Shown here in pieces: positions 28,716-43,124 of a stretch of DNA of 64,000 nt. This stretch comes from Octopus vulgaris (lineage: Eukaryota). The first letter of the stretch is position 1, and every line of letters begins with the position of its first letter. The notes beneath the pieces are model-generated. The model did not search any database and was not told where the DNA came from. It saw only the letters and a list, made by a program, of their open reading frames with translations. The stretch lies in contig OX597814.1 in NCBI GenBank assembly GCA_951406725.2, positions 135,966,001 through 136,030,000 of the forward strand, in the 5' to 3' direction. Made by a program: the position numbers and the translations under genes.

Positions 28716-28772
28716 ATGGCAACTGTCAGTATGGTTCTAGGTACGGTAGATGTCATGAACAGTGAATATAAG
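28716..28772 (+). CDS. NDRG: Candidate alternative first coding exon B: MATVSMVLGTVDVMNSEYK
   Basis: gatATGG start, 19 codons, strong phase-0 donor AAG|GTAAGA, local CpG enrichment and an upstream TCAGTT initiator-like motif. Confidence 0.6.
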
Positions 28773-29292
28773 GTAAGAGAACAGATGCTTTTCACAAGTG
28801 TTTGTAGCCATTTTGTAGCTGAATGATTTTTTTTTACTTTACAAGGCTTCTCATGAAATGATAGACTACAATTAACAGTGAATGCTAAAGCAAAATGAAA
28901 TAAAATGGATGAAATTAACAAAAAAATTACAATTGGTATATTATTAGTATATTAAATGCAGGTTATATTTAGACATTATTATTATTATTACTATATTTTT
29001 TTGGTATATATTTCAAAGGAATATTGAATTCTATTTCTATTTAAATTTCTTGTTGCTTTTGTTGCTTTCACTCTAAACTTATCCAAAACAAATCTATTTC
29101 TGTATGCTGTATATAATGTAGACAGCGTTGTCTACATAGGAAAGTAACAATCTTCCTCATTATCATATTAGTTGAAATATTGTAGCCTTTTTGTTCACAT
29201 TATTGATCTTTTTTCTTGCAGTAGCTTTCTACATTATATACTTACTTTACTGGATACTGCTTTAACTATGGAGTAGCAATAAGTATCATGGG

Positions 29293-29344
29293 ATGATGGG
29301 CATTACTACGTCACTCTTTAAAGCAACTACTTTTAATTGTTTCA
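29293..29344 (+). CDS. NDRG: Candidate alternative first coding exon C: MMGITTSLFKATTFNCF(S)
   Basis: ATGATGG start, donor TCA|GTAAGA in phase 1. In frame only if joined to the 32599-32648 exon. Confidence 0.35.
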
Positions 29345-29859
29345 GTAAGATTATTAATTAAACATTGTAAGATATGGGATTCTTTTATTGTAGAAAATTC
29401 TAGTATTTTCCCAGAAACTAGTTTATATTTCTTACAGAAGCATATTTACATCAATTTGTTTTGAGAGTCAACATTTTTTTTTTTTTTTTTAATTTATGAT
29501 ACATAGCCATAATCTTAATGGCATTTTAAATTTCTATGTTAAATTAATTGTCAAAGCTTCCCATTAGTTATAATTTTTATAATGCAAATGGTGCCGGCTA
29601 GAGAAAAACGTATCTCTTTTCAGATGTGAATAAATTTAAGTAAATGACCTTGAAAATAGAATATGCTTGTATTTGGTCAAGCAGCTTTTCCCCCCTTAAA
29701 GGTTAATTGTCAAAATATGTATATTTTATTTGTGAATTTAACCACTACAAAAAGAAAAAAAAAAAAAATGCGATGATGTCATTTCCTAAAGTAAGATCGT
29801 ATCCTAAATGTTTAGCTATAAATTGTCCAATATTTATTCTCATTTATATAAATGTGTAT

Positions 29860-29936
29860 CTGTGAATGTATAATTGTATGTATATAAATGTATATCTGAA
29901 TGTATATTTGTATGTATATATGTATCTATATATGTG

Positions 29937-29976
<40 letters not shown>

Positions 29977-30285
29977 ATGTATGTATGTATTATCTATATA
30001 TATTATATATATATTGTATGTATGTATGTATTATCTATATATATATATATATATTGTATGTATGTATGTATTATCTATATATATTATATATATATTGTAT
30101 GTATGTATGTATATATATATTATATATATATTATATATATATTGTATGTATGTATATATATATTATATATATATTGTATGTATGTGTATATATATATATA
30201 TATATGATATATATATATTGTATGTATGTATATATATATTCGATATATATATATATATATATATATATGATATATATATTGTATG

Positions 30286-30316
<31 letters not shown>

Positions 30317-30391
30317 TGTATATATGTATATATATATACGATATATATATATTGTATTATATATATATATATAATATATATATATTGTATG

Positions 30392-30454
<63 letters not shown>

Positions 30455-30461
30455 GATATAT

Positions 30462-30520
<59 letters not shown>

Positions 30521-30542
30521 ATATGATATATATATATGTATG

Positions 30543-30573
<31 letters not shown>

Positions 30574-30948
30574 GTATGTATATATATATATATATATATG
30601 ATATATATATATTGTATGTATGTATATATATATATATATATGATATATATATATAGTATGTATGTATATATATATATATATATATACATATATATGTTTG
30701 TGTGTGTGTGTGTGTGTGTCTATACATGTGTGTACATATGTGTATATGTATGTATATATATGTGTGTATATTTGTGTATATATATATATATATAAATGTA
30801 TGTGTGTATGCGTATGCATATATGTGTGTATATATATGTATGTGTGTGTATATATATGTATATGTGTGTGTATGTATGTGTCTATGTATGTGTGTGTGTA
30901 TGTATACATGTATTTTACACACAAGCACACACACACATGCACACACAA
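29860..30948. repeat. Compound (TA)n/(TATG)n/(TG)n microsatellite
   Basis: Visible directly; source of many spurious Y/I/V/C ORFs. Confidence 0.95.
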
Positions 30949-32091
30949 AAGTCATGAGACAAACTTCATCTAAATAAATAAGCTAACTCTTGCTATTTGT
31001 ATTTAACTTAATGATTTGAATTTGTTATTTAACATGCACTGAAAACTTTAGATATATTAGGATTTTATATTTTCAAGACATCCACTACATATTAGTGTTG
31101 TTCTTTCCCAAGGAAGGCATTCTTAGATTTATATAATTTCTGTTGTTACAGATCTATTACTGTGAAATTCCTTTTAGTCTTTCCAATTTGAATGCTAGCT
31201 TATTACAGCACCTTAAGTGTTATTTTCAAAGCCACTTATCAAGTTTAGTTAATAATATTTCTTTTTTAGTGGGTTTTTCTTGAGTTGTATCTGTTAAGAT
31301 TCTTATAAAAATCTCTTTAGTTGATTTCAACTTTTTGAGATTTTTTCCAAATAACCATTTTAAGATGTATAACTAATAAAAGGACTGTATTGAGTTTTCA
31401 TTTTATTTTTCAATGTTTTGAACATTACACTATCTATACCTTGCATTCCAGAAGATCTTTTAATATATTTTCATTTGGAAACAAAAAGAAAATTGTTTGC
31501 TATCTGGATAAATGACAGAACTATTTTAATATCCTGATACTAACTTGAGCTACATATTATGCTCTTCATATATACAAATACCCTAAATCTTTTCTGGTTA
31601 CATTTTCTGCTTGTTGCTTTTGCAGCGAAATATTTCTATTTAGATTTTCTAACTATTGTATGTCTTATTATTTTGTCAACATAATTTTTTTTTTTGGACA
31701 ACTTGTGACATTTTTTTATTTCATTCATCATTTGAATTTAATATATAACATACACCCACATATAAATAACACACTTGCATCAAAGTTTATATAAGCCCTG
31801 CTTATTCAGTTCTTAGCAGCATTATATTGTCTGTCTATGTGTTAAATTAGTTGCTGATAAAGCTGGCTGAATTTGAAGGGCAGATCAAGGTGATCAATTA
31901 GTTCTGCTCATTGACACTGCTATTGAATGTTTCATCCCTGACAAAAATCATTATACATAGTTCATCTGCAAGCCCAGTTGACCTTTATCTGCATAGCACA
32001 CTTTTATTTCATTTTCTTTTTTGCACCTGAACTTAAAGATATTTATATTTGTATTTTTGTTGTGCATGTTTTTAGTTAACTTAGCATGGTG

Positions 32092-32125
<34 letters not shown>

Positions 32126-32598
32126 CACACATACATGCATATATACACTAATGATACGAATGTAATAATTAAAGAATGATTATTGCTTAAAGTTTCTCAT
32201 TTTTAACTCTAATATCTTTTAGTTACCTTAATTTATTTTCATTTACCTTTATTTTTTGCTAGAAATTAAAATTTCTTCTCTGTATTAAAACTAGTTTGAA
32301 AAGTTTGTATATATATAGAGATGCATCCATCTGAATGCTGTGGCTATTTTCAAGGTTACTTCACCGAGTATTTTCTCCCGTTTTGGAACCAAATAAAAAC
32401 ATAAATAAAATTGATTATTCCTTACTGAGGCTAATGGGTATAGACCAGAGAATGGTAACATTTGTGATTACCAAATACAGGGATTGTTTATTAATTAAAC
32501 CTTCAATTACCAATTACTTGAAAATGGTCACATTCATTCCTATAGATTATTTGCTACATTGTTGATGTTGCTATGATTGTTCTGTTTGCCAATATCAG

Positions 32599-32648
32599 GT
32601 CACATGGAGTTCACCAGCCTGCTCCAAGTTCCTTGCCCTGAGGATGAG
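32599..32648 (+). CDS. NDRG: Candidate 50-nt exon (S)HMEFTSLLQVPCPEDE, with its own ATG at 32604
   Basis: Acceptor tgttctgtttgccaatatcAG, donor GAG|GTTAGC, cacATGG context, exits in phase 0 into the 38619 exon. GC-rich island in an AT-rich intron. Confidence 0.45.
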
Positions 32649-33280
32649 GTTAGCTTGCACCCATTTTTTTAGTTTCCTTTCATTCTTCCCCTTTTATTTT
32701 GTATTTTGCTTCAACACTGTTATAACCTTATGCTTTTTTTCTCTGGCTGCTTTTCATATATTTTTCCATTTTCATTTTCACTCTTGCTTCCCCTTTCAGT
32801 TTTCTCATGAAACATTATTGTTATCCACTGTCTATTCCATATCCCTTTGTCCATATGTGGTTTTATTAACCTTTATTCTTTTGTTGCAGTGCCAGCAAAA
32901 TCTTTTAGGTGGTGGGTCGTTTGGTAAATATATATATATATATCAAACAGGATATGAATATATTTATTGAATAAATAAATGATTTATCAGGAAGTCTACG
33001 TTACATCAAAGATAGATTATAGAGACTATTTTATAACTAAGGTTATTTTAACATTAACATCAGGAAAGCTAAGAGTGAATTATATAAGTATGGGATGTAT
33101 TCTAATATAATGCAGTTATTATTAATCTAAAATGTATGTAACCACATTTTGAATATGACTGTTAAAGGCATTATAAATCAAATAAGCTAGTAGCGAATTA
33201 AGTAGGGAAGATAAGAATGTAAGTTTTTTTAAACTGCTTTACACTGTCAGTTCTTTTCTGTCATGGACAGACACAAGTAG

Positions 33281-33600
33281 TATATGAATGTGTGTGTGTG
33301 TGTGTGTGTATGTGTGTGTGTATGTATGTATGTATATGTATGTATGTATATGTATGTATATATATGTATGTATATGCATGTATATGTATGTATGTATATG
33401 TATGTATATATATGTGTGTATATATATATGTGTGTGTATATATGTGTATATATATATATATGTGTGAATATATATGTGTGTGTATATATATGTGTGTGTA
33501 TGTATGTGTATGTATGTATGTGTATATATATATATGTGTGTATATATGTATATATATGTGTGTATATATATGTGTATGTATACGTATATATGTATATATA

Positions 33601-33637
<37 letters not shown>

Positions 33638-33642
33638 ATATA

Positions 33643-33673
<31 letters not shown>

Positions 33674-33716
33674 ATATATATATATGTGTGTGTGTATATA
33701 TATATATATGTATGTG

Positions 33717-33749
<33 letters not shown>

Positions 33750-33760
33750 GTCTGTATATA
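33281..33760. repeat. Compound (TG)n/(TA)n microsatellite
   Basis: Visible directly. Confidence 0.95.
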
Positions 33761-36700
33761 ATGAGAGTAACCAACTAATTATTATTGAACATGGTTTTGT
33801 AGATATCTTAGGAGTATTCCTACTAGTGCAACTGAAATTTCTAATATATGAACATACTTGCAGAGATTTATGTCCAGATAATCTATTCACCATTGATATT
33901 TTGTTGTTGATAGGCAGATTCGAATTGTAGTTGTTTGGAAGCCAAAGCAAGTTGATGTTATTAATGTTCCCCATCTTAATATTCATGTAAGAAAAAAGAA
34001 AAGAAAAGAAAAGAAAATATGTGATCCTAATAGAAAATCCAGTATTCTCAATGTAATTAATGGAATATTGTTGATCTGGAAGACTACACTAATATTAAAT
34101 ATCAAACTGACCTTGACAGCTTTGTAGTTTCAGATTTGAAGTGATAGATTTTAAGCAGAGATAATAATTTCCTCTCTTCTCTGTCAAAACTAGTCTTGCG
34201 TTTGACATAAGGAACAAGTTTTTTTTTAAAAATATGTTCGCTGTCCTAAGGTGATAGGATTTTGCCTGTAACCTTTAAAATGTTTTCTCAGAAGATTACT
34301 TAAGTGATGGTAATATTTAATTTGAAATTGTGAAAGTCAACAATTATTTTAAACACATAGACATGATAGGCCTTGAGATAAAATTGAGGTTGACCGTCAA
34401 CAATTTTGACATTAATGTCTTACTTAGAAAATGAAGGTTATGCATGAGCAAAATGGTGTTTGGGTCGAAATAGTAATGAATCTTTTTCTATGTGGTTTTA
34501 CCATTTACTGTCAGTTGAGCTTATGACAGTTGAGCAACTAAGGGGTTGATGTAGAGAGGTTTATTATCAGCTATCTTAATAGTACAAGCTTGTGCCTATC
34601 AGCACTTGAACAGATTGTTGTTTTGGCACTGGTCAGCCCTGATCAAGTAGATTTATGTTTAATGACCAGGACCAGTGTGCATTTTTTTGCCATATCTAAG
34701 ACCCATCTTATCCATTATGCTGACAGTTACAATGTGTCTCTTTTTTAAAATGGTAGAATATAATTTAAGGGAAGTCTACTTGTTAGTTTTTGTAGATCAA
34801 GTAACTGTGTAAAGATAGGGGTAATGAAATAAAGTGAGAATTAACTTAAAATATAATCGTTTCAATTAATGATTTAGAATGTAAAATCAGTAATTGTGGC
34901 AAAATTCAATGGCTTGGTAATTTTACCCTTGTCACTAGCATCGAATCTTGAATAGGCTTACACTGATGAACATCATCAGCATAATTGGCATTATAATTCC
35001 TTAGATTAACTTCAAGGTAAAGGTCAACTGATCTTGTTGCTCTTTATAGATTAATTCATTGTTTGTCGCTGTCTGCTGACAGCTTGTTTAATCCTACTTC
35101 TGGGTTGAGTGATTAGATATCCAGACATTAGTTTTACACATTTTAGCAATTTAGCAATCTATAGGAAGAAGATTGATAGGAAGAACAACTGAATATTCAT
35201 GCAAGTTGTAACGTGATTGAATAATTGTCATTCATTAACACTTCCACTGAAACTTTTGCTTGGATAATGCTAGGTTTAAGAAGTTTAGGGAAATAGAGTA
35301 ATACATAGTCATTTAAAATAGCTCATATTTATATGTCTTAATATTGGTAAAGGACAATTGTAGGTAAATTTAATAATAGTCCTTTTTTAGCACTGACAGT
35401 AACTAGAAATTAATGAAAGATTCCTGCTGTTTTTAAGTGGATTTCTTCATAGTTTCATTTTATTATTGCATTAACAATATTTCTAATTTAAGGAATATGT
35501 GTATTTAAATCATGAAATATCAGAAGTGTAAATCATCATCATCATTGTTGTTTAACATCCGCTTCCCATGCTGGCATGGGTTGGACGGTTTGACTGAGAT
35601 CTAGCAAGCCAGAAGGCTGTACAAGGCTCTAATCTGATCTGGCAAGGTTTCTGCAGCTGAATGCCCTTTTTAACACCAACTACTCCGAGAGTGTAGTGGG
35701 TGCTTTTTACATGTCACCAGCATGAGGGCCAGTCAGGTGGTACTGGCATCAACAACACTTGAATGGTGCTTTTTACATGCCACTGGCATGGGAGCTAGTC
35801 AGGCAGCGCTGGCAATGACCACATTCGATGGTGCTTTTTACATACCACCAGAGAATAAAGTAATTTATTGCTATTGACTATTTTAGTTTTGACTGTTTTT
35901 TTTTTAGTTGTAATAGAAAGAAAGAAAATCTGCCACTGACAGGTTTTATTCCAGTAACTCTATTCTGGACTGTACCACAAACACCATTAGGAAGAAGTAG
36001 ATTATTGGCTTATTTTTATGGTTATTAGATCATTTAGTAAATGTTCCGTTTAAAAACAAAACAAAAAAAAAACAGACCAATACACTCGAAGAGTGTGTCC
36101 CAGCAGCACAGTCCCTATGGGCAGTGACTGAAACCAGTCAAAGAAATTACCAAATGATAATTACGGAATATTCTTTGTCTGCCGACAGCATGTACTAATC
36201 CCAGTTCTTTGTTGAGTGACAAGAGATCCAGATATTAGCTTTACACATTGTAGCAAGTTAGCAATCTATAGGAAGAAGTTTGATAGGAAGAACAGCTGAG
36301 TATCTAATGAAGTTCCATTATATCATTTAACATCTATGTTCCATGCTTGCATGGGTTAGGTGGTTTAACAAGGATTTGATGAGTTGAAGGACTGCATTGT
36401 GCTCCAGTGTCTCCTTTGGCATGCTTTCTATGGCTGGATGACCTTCCTAAAGCCAACCATTTTACTGGGTGTTTTTTTTTCATGCTGCTCACACTATTGA
36501 AGTTACCATGTAGCTCACAAGCCAACAAATCCAGGGAGGGAGGATATTGCACCCATATGTTAGATGGGGGTTGACGTTTCTAAATATAAAATGATTAGAT
36601 ATAAAATGATTAAATATGCTAATGCTTTATTATAGTTTTCAAAGCCTAAAAATAATATGTGCATTTATTTGATTTGTATCAAATTCTGACGGATTTAAGT

Positions 36701-38618
36701 CCTCTTAATGTTCAGCTTACATGTAGAAATGTAGTACATCTAACTTTACTGTCTTTTGAAAGCAACCATTTTATGGACACATATTTTAATAAAGTTTAAT
36801 TACTTAGCTTTGATTCTAATTGATTCATTAAATTTTAAAATTCAATTTTTAGTGTTTTATGGAAAAATAAATTGAAACTTTTCTTCAAGCTTCTCTTTAT
36901 AGTAAAATGTCAATTCTAGTTATAATCCTCTATCAGATTCCTTATTATTTAAGTAACTAATGAGTTATCAGCCTGCTATTTTAACTCTCTAGCTACTCTG
37001 TTCTGTTCATCTAGTCTATCTCGTTAATCAGCCAAAAAGCTGCACTGATTTAACTCTAATGCCTTTTCAAACTACTAACTTGCTTTTAAACCTAGTATTG
37101 ACTTCATATGAAATTTATAATTTTATGAGAGAAAATATATTATTTCAAAATACTTTCAGTGATAACTTCAATTTAACGTAAGTGTTTCTACAATTTCATG
37201 GTTTTGGTACTAATTTTATGAAAGGTTTGTCACCTTTATATCCTCTGATATGGTTTGTAAATGTCATTTGTTATTTCATTCTTTAATTACACTGTGTTGA
37301 TGCTGGGGTAATGCCTTCATGAGTGTTGGTGATTACATTGATTTTATTGAATTGGGTAGGATGAAGGACACCCTAGACTTGAGTGAGATTATTTGAACTC
37401 AGAGCACAAAGTGACACAATTGAATACCCACTGTGTAGTACTGATTCTGATACCCACCTGCCTTGTCTGTACTTTTTCCAGACACTGTTCTGGTGCAAAT
37501 ATTCAAGTTTGACAACTGATATTGCATATCTAGGACAACTTTTTTGAGACTATCATTTCGTAATAGAATATCAGTGTTGCATATGTCAAATATACATAAT
37601 TGTTTTATGCAGCATATATTAAATATTAGGATCATTCCCTCCTTTATGTTGTGGAGTTTCTATGCTAAAGCTACAAAGGGAAGATTTTGATGCTATTGAA
37701 TGGCATGCATAGTTCAACCATAGTGGATTGCTGATAAAATTTCTTATATATATATTAATGCATATTGAATTATATATGTATAATCTTTGGTTCAAAGATA
37801 TACCATTCTGCACTGTATCATCTAAACTTGTGATATATGCAGAATTTAGAACAAAATGTGTATGCTGAATATCTCTAGTGTTAGCTCAAAATAATATTGA
37901 AATGCTAAAGTCAATTTTATATCTGACTCACATTATGAGACAGCCAGTTTCAAAAATTTACAAAACCTGGTTTAGATAAAGAATGTTTCTCATGCCTTGT
38001 CAAAAGAATTATTTATGAAGATGGTGATCTGCAGTTATATATATGTAACATTACAAACATCTGCTTGCTTCTTCCCAAAGAAATGGTATATATTGGTCAA
38101 ACTTTAGTTTTATGTATCAAGCAATATAATCAAACTTTTGATTTTGTTATGAATAATATTGATTAGAATTTGTTATTTGAATATTTGGATTATAGTTATT
38201 TTAAAATAGGAACGAATATGATTATGGATTTTATAGTTTAATTTTGACCTAATAAAGAACCTTATGCTAATCTATTAGTAATAAAGATAATGCTGACAGT
38301 TTGGTAAGAAGATAGGAAGTTAATATTTACTGATTCATACAAAATATGTTGCAATTTTGTTTTCCATTTCTAAAAATTTAATGTAAATTATTGAATGCAC
38401 TTTTAATGTTGAAGATTCAGTTTTTGAACTTGAGGAAAGTTAGAACACTATTAAAGTATTTTAAAGTTTAAATGAATTACTTATTGAAAAGAGTGGGTAG
38501 AAACAATGCCTATCTAAACATGTTTTGATTTTTCCTTCCCTTATAAAATTCACTTGAAATTGCTAATACATATATTCTTTGCAACTATATTCTGTTATTA
38601 TATAACTTTTATTTTCAG

Positions 38619-38723
38619 GGCCGCACAATGGAAAGACTGACTGATATAGAATTGAGTAGTGTCCATGCAACTAAGCCTAAAAGTGCTGGTTTGGTTAACG
38701 ATGCCACATCAATTGTCTTGCAG
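38619..38723 (+). CDS. NDRG: NDRG-family gene, shared N-terminal exon: (GRT)MERLTDIELSSVHATKPKSAGLVNDATSIVLQ, ATG at 38628
   Basis: Acceptor ctttttattttcAG-type tract and donor CAG|GTAGGT. 105 nt, phase 0/0, no stops. MERLTDIEL resembles the NDRG N-terminal ELQDVQL-type motif and joins the next exon in frame. Confidence 0.85.
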
Positions 38724-40494
38724 GTAGGTTTTCATTTACAGTGAAATACTTTTTCTTTAAATTGTCATCTGTATTTGGTTTTTTTTTGCATCAGTCATTC
38801 ATTTATTATGGTAATTTACCACTTAGGAAAGGTTGTGTCTAGTAGGTTTATCATTTAGGTAGATGAGCATCAAGGATAGTTTGACACTTAATTGAATCCA
38901 TCAGTTCATCCATCCATCCATCTTTCCTGTCCACTGTTACTGGGAGGGTTGTGGAAGTAAAGTCTCCAGGCACCTCCTCCATAGAATGCTATCAGAAGTA
39001 ACCATCATTATACTTTCTCAAATATGACCAACTGAGACTATGGATATTTACCAACTGTCACGTTCTTGGTCCTAGGTCTTTTGCTCAGTTGGCTCAGCTT
39101 GAAGAATCCATCTTGTGAGATTTTACTACAACATTCTAATCACATGTCCATAGTATTGGAGCTGTAACCTCTCAATGAGAGATTCCTTGATCTCCAAGCT
39201 CCTCTGTAGATACTTGTGTACATTACTTACCCCTGTATGTGACAATTGGTGCCATTCTCCCTAATTGTGAAAATGTTAAGTGGTTCAGAGGCATCTCTTT
39301 CTCTAGATAGGTTTTGGTTAAGTGATGACATCTTCACTAAAATTTAATCAAAATCTCATCAACTTATAAGTTTTCTTGCTATATACAAAGATGAGCTGTA
39401 TCCACCTATTTACAGTTCAGTAGGTTATGATATTGAGTTATGTGGGTCAGTTAGGACTTAATTTTACATGATTTTATTGGTTAAATAAATATGCTTATAC
39501 GTGACCCAAGTCCTGTACAAGTCCTTTGTACAGGATTTAGTCATTTAATTTTCTTTGAAATTTCTTTACTCTATTTGCAGTTTTAACTCCTTGCTCAAAC
39601 ATTTGGAGTTTGTGTTCTTGTAATTCATATTTTGTACTCCCCAATGTTTCTTTTGTTCATTTTGTTTTAAGGATTAAGCTAAATTGTCCATTTAATCCTA
39701 CTCCTTGTTTTGTATTTCTAATTTTCTTTGTTCAACTTCATTTCTACGTCTGAGCCCCTTTGTAACTTCAACATTAAAGATATTACACTTGGTTTTTCTC
39801 CCCCCTCACATTCCTTATCAAATATCTCACCTCTGCTAACGATTACATTGGTATTGCAGCCTATCTAATACCTGAAAGTAATGATCTTGAGTTACAACTA
39901 TTTGGACACATGATACTTTTGTAAATTGTATCACCTACCAGCTGCATTACCTGCATGGTTTGAACTTTGCTCTTACACTTCAGTTCATAAGCCATCAAGT
40001 TGTAGGGACACTATTGGAGACTGCTTTTAGTGAATCTAGGTCATGTGAGCTTGATAGCACCCACCTCTTTTCAAGGCAGCTGGAAGTTATTTTCATTAAA
40101 TAATACTCAAGTCCATATCTATTGAAGAAATATATTACAGATTTATTTTTCATATTGGTCATTGAATATTCTATATAGACAGATGAGCAACAAGTTCTGA
40201 ATCTGGTCTTGAATTCAGAACTTCAAGAGTTAAAATACATAAAATCTTGAAGATTTAATTTCAATGCTCATAAAGTATACTTTTAAATTTTGATCTGATA
40301 AAGGATTTAATGTCAGAAACCATCTAAACTGAAGATAATCTTCACCAGGTTAGTTTAATTAAGCTCTTTTTGATTATCCAGTTTTTTCATTTCAGTTCTG
40401 TTAACTATGATGTGTTACACTATGTTAGAGCTGTTTGTATTTTGTTGTTGTTCCTGGAAAAGAATTAACTTTGTTAAATTTGCTAGCTGATGCT

Positions 40495-40728
40495 ATATAT
40501 ATTTATTAATTTGTTATTATATATATATATATATATATATATTTATTAATTTGTTATTATATATATATATATATTTATTAATTTGTTATTATATATATAT
40601 ATATATTTATTTATATATATGTATATATATATATATATATATATTTATTAATTTGTTATTATATATATATGTTTTATTTATTAATTTGTTATTATATATA
40701 TATATATATGATTTATTTATTAATTTGT

Positions 40729-40763
<35 letters not shown>
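40495..40763. repeat. Higher-order repeat tttattaatttgttatt(AT)n, about 6 copies
   Basis: Unit recurs at about 40502, 40542, 40574, 40644, 40677, 40716. Confidence 0.9.
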
Positions 40764-40764
<1 letters not shown>

Positions 40765-40774
40765 CTTTCTTTTC

Positions 40775-41740
40775 CATAATGTTATTCATTAAAGCCTCAT
40801 TCAGTTTTAATAACTGCTTCTATATGAGATCTAAGTTGTCTACATGCTCAAATCAAGTGGTCCTGGTTCATTTTGGACATTATTTTGACTATGGTGCCTT
40901 TCAAAGAATCTTTGACTCATTGACCTCTCTCTCAAAAATTCTCCACACATAATAGTCCAATGGATTGAAGTCTGGGGAATTAAGAGGCCAAATGTTAGGG
41001 GTTATGTGATCATGAAAATTTTCAACCATCCATTCCTGCATTACTTGAACCTTAGAGTTTTGCTGAAACACATATGGCCTTTCATTGTGTACACTGTCTG
41101 TCCAGGGTTTAACAACTGTTTCCAGGACCTCAATGTAGGCAGCACAATGAACTCTAGGGCCTTTTGGAAAGAAGTGAGGAGGCATCACATGCCCTTCATT
41201 ACTGACAACTCCTAAAACCATGACAGTTGCTGGAAATTTTGTGTGTATAACTTTTGGAGTGTGCAGTTTTGGTTGAAGTTTTCCTGGCTGAGGAAAACCA
41301 TATCAAATCTGCTGGATTTTTCAGTTTGTTTAAGATCCTTTTAGATCTGATGTAGTGATTTTCTTTTGCTCTTTTTGACATAAATTGACCTTTCCTCATT
41401 ATATAAGACTATCTGATGTCTTCATGGACAACATTTCTGATTGTTCCTTCTGACACATGGAAATCTTTTGCAATTGACCTCATGGATATTCTAGGATTCT
41501 AATCAATGGCTTGTTGAACTTGCTGGATAAATTCAGGTGGTCTGATAATTTAAGAGTGTTTAGAATACTTTCCATGCTTTCATACTGGTGATACATTTCC
41601 ATCTTCCGTCTCTAACTCCTCATGAACTTTGTAGATGAAAGATCTGGCAACTTTTAAAAATCAAGACATTTCAAAATTGCTGTGCTCATCCTTTATAGCC
41701 ATGATAACAGCATGCCTCTTCATTTCCTGAGTAAGTTGAA
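40775..41740 (-). mobile_element. Decayed Tc1/mariner-superfamily transposase (maT/DD37D-like)
   Basis: MVLGVVSNEG...YIEVLETVVKPW...YVFQQ...WPLNSPDFNPLDYYVW, with frameshifts. Confidence 0.8.
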
Positions 41741-43124
41741 GGTCTGCTATTAATATAAAACACACACACACTCCTGGATTCTGTGTTGTATATATTCCTC
41801 CCTTGGGCGGGGTGCTGGTCTGTTGCAGGATTACTCATTTTTACCAGCTGAGTAGACTGGAGCAATGTGTAATGAAGTTTTTTGCTCAAGAACACAATGC
41901 ATCACTTGGTCCAGGAATTGAAACCACAGTCTTACAATCATGAGTGCAACACCCTTACTAAGTCATGTATCTCCACACACACACACACACACTAATCAGA
42001 ACATTCAAATATTTGCTCCCTTAAGCTGGTTCATATTCTAATCCTATTTCTAAGTGCTCAGTTTATTGAAATACATGGTTAAGGTGTCAGGCTCATGACC
42101 ATAAAGTTGTACATTTGATTCCTGTACTGAGTAGCACATGGTATCCTTGAGTAAAGCACATCATTTCACATTGCTCCAGTTTACTCAGCTGAAAATGCTC
42201 TCCAGTTGAGTGTTGGTGCAGCCCTTTCTCTCTCCATCTAATGCATACTGGGTGTTACCATTGGCTCAAAAGGTGGTAGAGCATGCTTTTGACTATGTAG
42301 GCAACTGAAACAATTTTTGAAAGTATGGTGTATTACCAAGTTGCACCTGCTTGCAAGTGACAACTATGTTTTTTTTCACATTGTTACTCTTAATAGTATC
42401 ACATGTAACCCAGCTGACATACAATATGTTTCTGATATTGTTTCAAGAATAAAATCTGGTTTATTTTATTCACATAACTGTTAATACCATGTACTAATAC
42501 AGCTCACTACTGTAAGTAGTAGGAACTCGGTATATAATTCAGTATAATTACCTTGTTTTGAATTCAAATTCAGATAATACTCTTGTGGTCTGGAAGAACT
42601 AGACATAAGGCTTTGCTTATACCTAGTTGGAAGTTTAATAGCTTAATATGTTTAAGAAGATAATTAGCAATGTTGGAGGATATTCTAAAAATGAAAAGTT
42701 GAGGGAAGTGTTTAATATGACAGTATGTGGGAGGAAGGAAAGAAACAGTTATCTTCAAGTAAAGGTGCAGTCAAACAAGTGAATCAAAAAGATCCCAGGC
42801 TTAATGTCAAGCCTATGACCAGAGTTAATTTTAAGTTTGTCTTCCTGATTGATTGCTTTCCATTCACTACAGTCTGAGAGGTACAGTGGTTGTAAGGTTA
42901 GATTACTGGAGTGACAACCTCATGATAGATAATTAAGAATCTGTTATGACCAATTGGGTGTATTGTTTGCTTCAGTTTGTCTTGTTGAAAGTGTGTACCC
43001 AACCTTCTTACCAGTTGAAGAGTTAACAGTAAGAAGGTCTTCCAACTTTAAAATGTTGTGTACCAACAATGTGCAGATATCCAGAATTGTTAACACCACT
43101 CCACTTGAGATAATAAAAGAGGTA

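Noticed and set aside
32890-32923. Possible 34-nt exon with good acceptor and TTG|GTAAAT donor
   Set aside because: No donor/acceptor choice keeps the NDRG frame, and one combination gives a TAG stop. It could only be UTR or a poison exon, which I cannot support.
29866-33986. Long ORFs (up to 261 aa) rich in Y, I, C, V, H, T
   Set aside because: Translations of (TA)n/(TG)n microsatellites, which lack stop codons; no coding signal.
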